A DNA stretch of 47,520 nucleotides from a bacterium (GTDB lineage Bacteria; Margulisbacteria; WOR-1; O2-12-FULL-45-9; XYB2-FULL-48-7). Below, in pieces: positions 44,813-47,520 of the stretch. The DNA lies in the NCBI GenBank assembly GCA_043812655.1, contig JBDRLW010000020.1, positions 1-47,520 of the forward strand. The letters run 5' to 3'. Position 1 is the first letter of the stretch. Every line of letters begins with the position of its first letter. A model generated the notes under the pieces. The model was not told the origin of the DNA, searched no databases, and saw only the letters and a list, made by a program, of their open reading frames with translations. The position numbers and the translations under genes are program-made.

Positions 44813-45786
44813 TTATCCCCCGTTTTAAAACCAACTTCAAGCGGCCCGATCGCATAAATATCCTTACTGGCAATGATCTCCAGTCCCACTGTTTTTTTCT
44901 GTCCCTTTAGTTTTTTGGCCAGGTCAAAGATCTGCGAATAAGGGACGCCCCCTAAAGAACCTGCTGTATCAGGGAGCACGCCCGCTTTCAGGGCGGCCTG
45001 GTGAGAAAGCCGTAATACACTAGTGATCTCCTTTTCAAGCTGGACGGCAGAAAGCTTAGGAGGAATATCTCCTTTGGCGATCGTTGCACCGCTTTTATAA
45101 ATCAACCGATTTTCAATGATCTCAAACTTAGCCGGCGCCGCTTCTCCCCATAAGATATTGCGCGTGGCTACTAGCCGGACAACGAATAATTTGTTCTCCG
45201 GCAATAATTTAAAAACCGCCGCTTCAAAGTTTTCGGACTCGACGGTCACCTTAACCCCCGCGTTTTGGATCACTTGCCGCAAACCGTCCTCGATCTTTTC
45301 CTGGTCTGGCCCAGCCTTGATAAGTGAGACGGAAATAATTTCGCCATTTTTAATGACTACGTCGCCTAATCTGGTAAAGCTAACTTCCCGGCTTAATCTG
45401 GTCTTTGCTGTATTTAGCTTGGCTATTTCCATTTTAGCTTTTTCCAGCTCATTTAGTTTGACCCCGAGTTCCTGGTCCATTTTCATTAATTTTTTATTTG
45501 CGACCTTTAATTCTTTATTTTTTTCTTCTATTTGCGCTTTGACTTTTTCCAAGCCTAAAAACGCTATCCTAGCATCTTGCGAGATCGTGAGCAGGATAAT
45601 CAAAGTTAAGAAAGCGATCATAATGCCGGAAAAAACGGTGATCATATTGGCCGTGTGCCTTGGACGGAGGTGAAAAAGGACCAAGCGCCGCTTGCCGATA
45701 TACTTACCGACGAAATTACCGCTATAAGCGATGAAACCGCCTAAAATAATTAAGAGAATGATAACTTGGCCGGCGAATTGGGACAT
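44809..45786 (-). CDS. DUF3084-family membrane coiled-coil protein
   Basis: GG.IAY.G...G..IGKRRL.LF.LRPRHTA N-terminus, coiled coil. Confidence 0.82.
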   Translation of the reverse strand: MSQFAGQVIILLIILGGFIAYSGNFVGKYIGKRRLVLFHLRPRHTANMITVFSGIMIAFLTLIILLTISQDARIAFLGLEKVKAQIEEKNKELKVANKKLMKMDQELGVKLNELEKAKMEIAKLNTAKTRLSREVSFTRLGDVVIKNGEIISVSLIKAGPDQEKIEDGLRQVIQNAGVKVTVESENFEAAVFKLLPENKLFVVRLVATRNILWGEAAPAKFEIIENRLIYKSGATIAKGDIPPKLSAVQLEKEITSVLRLSHQAALKAGVLPDTAGSLGGVPYSQIFDLAKKLKGQKKTVGLEIIASKDIYAIGPLEVGFKTGDK

Positions 45787-46878
45787 TTATCGGTCCGCCG
45801 CCCGCTTTAATATATAGAAGCCAACGATCGCGGTTAAAATATTCGGCAGCCAGGCGGCGGCTCCCGGCGGGATCAGCTTCATTTCCGCGAGCGCCATGCT
45901 GATAAAAGTCACGATGTAATAAAAGAAAATAACAATGATCGATATCCCGAGCCCAACCGAGCCCGACGCTCGCCGCGGCGACAATCCAAGAGGCGCGCCG
46001 AGCAGGGCAAAAACCAGCGAAGCAAAGGGGATCGCCATCTTCATATTAAGTTGGATCTTTAGGTCTGTCGTCTCTGTCCCCATCTTCTCTTTTAAAACAA
46101 TGAACTGCCGGAGCCCTTCGATATTCATATCGTCCGGGTTCCGGTCACCGATATAAAAATCAGCCGGCGTGTATTTGATCGTCAGGTACTGCTCGTCAAA
46201 TTTAATAAGATGCTTGTATTCCCCGGTATCAGACAGAATATAAATTATCCCATTTTTAAACAGCCATTGGTTTTTTTCGATATTCCACCGGGCTTCCTGC
46301 GCATTAATGATTTGGGAAAGCTTGCCGCCTGAAAACTCTTGGACCACAACTTTGGAGAGGACCTCCCCCTCCATATTTTCGGTATAAAAGACCCGTTTTA
46401 GCACCCCTTGATCAAGTTCGGGGATAAAAACATTTTTTTGTAATTTTGGTTTGGTCTTTACCGCCGTATCGACCAATAGATTTTTTGCCGCTTTATTGGC
46501 TTCGGGGACCACGATCTCAGAAAAGCTTAAGTTGACAAAAGAGACTAAAAGCCCCAGGGCCAAGACCGGAATGATCAACCGGAAAAGCGAGATCCCCGAC
46601 GCCCGAAAAGCGATGATTTCGCTATCGTGCGACAGCCGGGAAAAAGCCAAGAGGGCGGCCAGGAGCATTGCCATCGGGAAAATATAGACGACGATCGCCG
46701 GCAAACGGTAAACAAAGATCTGCATGGCGGTCATGATCGGCATCCCTTTTAAAACTACCGCTCGGACCAGGTCGAACATGATCATCGATGAGGCCAAGAT
46801 CGCGGTAAAAGAGCCTAAGCCAAAGATAAATGGCTCAAGCAGTTCCTTAAAAATATAACGGTCTAATATCTTAAACAT
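45787..46878 (-). CDS. LptF/LptG (YjgP/YjgQ) family permease
   Basis: ILDRYIFKE, RLSHDSEIIAFRASGIS, AWLPN. Confidence 0.92.
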   Translation of the reverse strand: MFKILDRYIFKELLEPFIFGLGSFTAILASSMIMFDLVRAVVLKGMPIMTAMQIFVYRLPAIVVYIFPMAMLLAALLAFSRLSHDSEIIAFRASGISLFRLIIPVLALGLLVSFVNLSFSEIVVPEANKAAKNLLVDTAVKTKPKLQKNVFIPELDQGVLKRVFYTENMEGEVLSKVVVQEFSGGKLSQIINAQEARWNIEKNQWLFKNGIIYILSDTGEYKHLIKFDEQYLTIKYTPADFYIGDRNPDDMNIEGLRQFIVLKEKMGTETTDLKIQLNMKMAIPFASLVFALLGAPLGLSPRRASGSVGLGISIIVIFFYYIVTFISMALAEMKLIPPGAAAWLPNILTAIVGFYILKRAADR

Positions 46879-46881
46879 AAA

Positions 46882-47520
46882 TCATAGGGCAAAGCTGTCG
46901 CCTAAATAGAATTTTTTGGCGTCGGGACTCTGGGAAACCTCAGTTGAATTTCCCGCTACCAGAATTTGCCCTTTATGGATAATATAAGCCCGATCCGTTA
47001 TCGCCAAAGTTTCCCTGACATTATGGTCGGTAATTAGGATGCCAAGCCCTTTTTCTTTTAATTGGCGGATGATCTGCTGGAGATCGGCGACAGTTTTAGG
47101 GTCGATCCCGGTAAATGGCTCGTCAAGGAGGAGAAATTTTGGGTCAGTCGAGAGGGCCCTGGCGATCTCCACCCGCCGCTGTTCGCCGCCGGAGAGTGAG
47201 TACGCTTTCTGCTTCCTTAAATGCGTTACCCCTAGCTCATCCAACAAACTAACCAGCCGGCTTTCGTACTCTTTTTTGGGTATTTCCGGCCGCAACTCCC
47301 ACAAGATATAAATATTATCTTCAACCGTTAATTTACGGAAGATCGACGGCTCTTGCGGCAAGTAACCGATCCCGAGGCGCGACCGTTTATGCATTGGATA
47401 GCCTGTAATATTATGGTCATCAAGATAAACGTTCCCTCCATTTGGTTTAACTAAGCCGACTACCATGTAAAAAGTCGTTGTCTTCCCCGCCCCATTTGGC
47501 CCGAGCAGCCCAACCACTTC
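46882..47520 (-). CDS. lptB: LPS export ABC transporter ATPase, 5'-truncated by window edge
   Basis: GPNGAGKTT, GYLPQEPSIFR, LSGGE.RRVEIAR, LITDHNVRETL. Confidence 0.96.
   Translation of the reverse strand, partial: EVVGLLGPNGAGKTTTFYMVVGLVKPNGGNVYLDDHNITGYPMHKRSRLGIGYLPQEPSIFRKLTVEDNIYILWELRPEIPKKEYESRLVSLLDELGVTHLRKQKAYSLSGGEQRRVEIARALSTDPKFLLLDEPFTGIDPKTVADLQQIIRQLKEKGLGILITDHNVRETLAITDRAYIIHKGQILVAGNSTEVSQSPDAKKFYLGDSFAL

Overview
Chromosomal window from a diderm Terrabacteria-type bacterium. The yggS-sepF-proC and lptB-lptF/G-DUF3084-yqgF synteny, short EF-Ts and RRM protein point to a non-photosynthetic relative of Cyanobacteria such as Saganbacteria/Margulisbacteria (inference). Most of it is housekeeping: ABC-F, greA, uppP, trpC, rsmH, gltX, lnt, Lpt genes, rpsU, holB, rel, proC, rpsB, tsf, polA. 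There are three accessory blocks. (1) A type I R-M operon (hsdM-orf183-hsdS-fic-hsdR) carries an embedded TNT/ART-like candidate toxin, a Fic protein and a 44-bp repeat array. (2) A MenA1/MenT1-like TA pair sits in a 798-bp islet flanked by a synonymously diverged duplicate of the last 18 codons of rel. (3) A secreted-protein cluster has T9SS-CTD-like domains and a PorV-like barrel. Across the window, heptamer tandem repeats and several families of tiny, sometimes nested palindromic elements occur between genes, in frame inside core genes (lnt, proC, rsmH, polA), and as the hydrophobic cores of signal peptides. Many genes look leaderless (TANNNT-N6/7-start). No rRNA, tRNA, CRISPR array, integrase or transposase was recognised.
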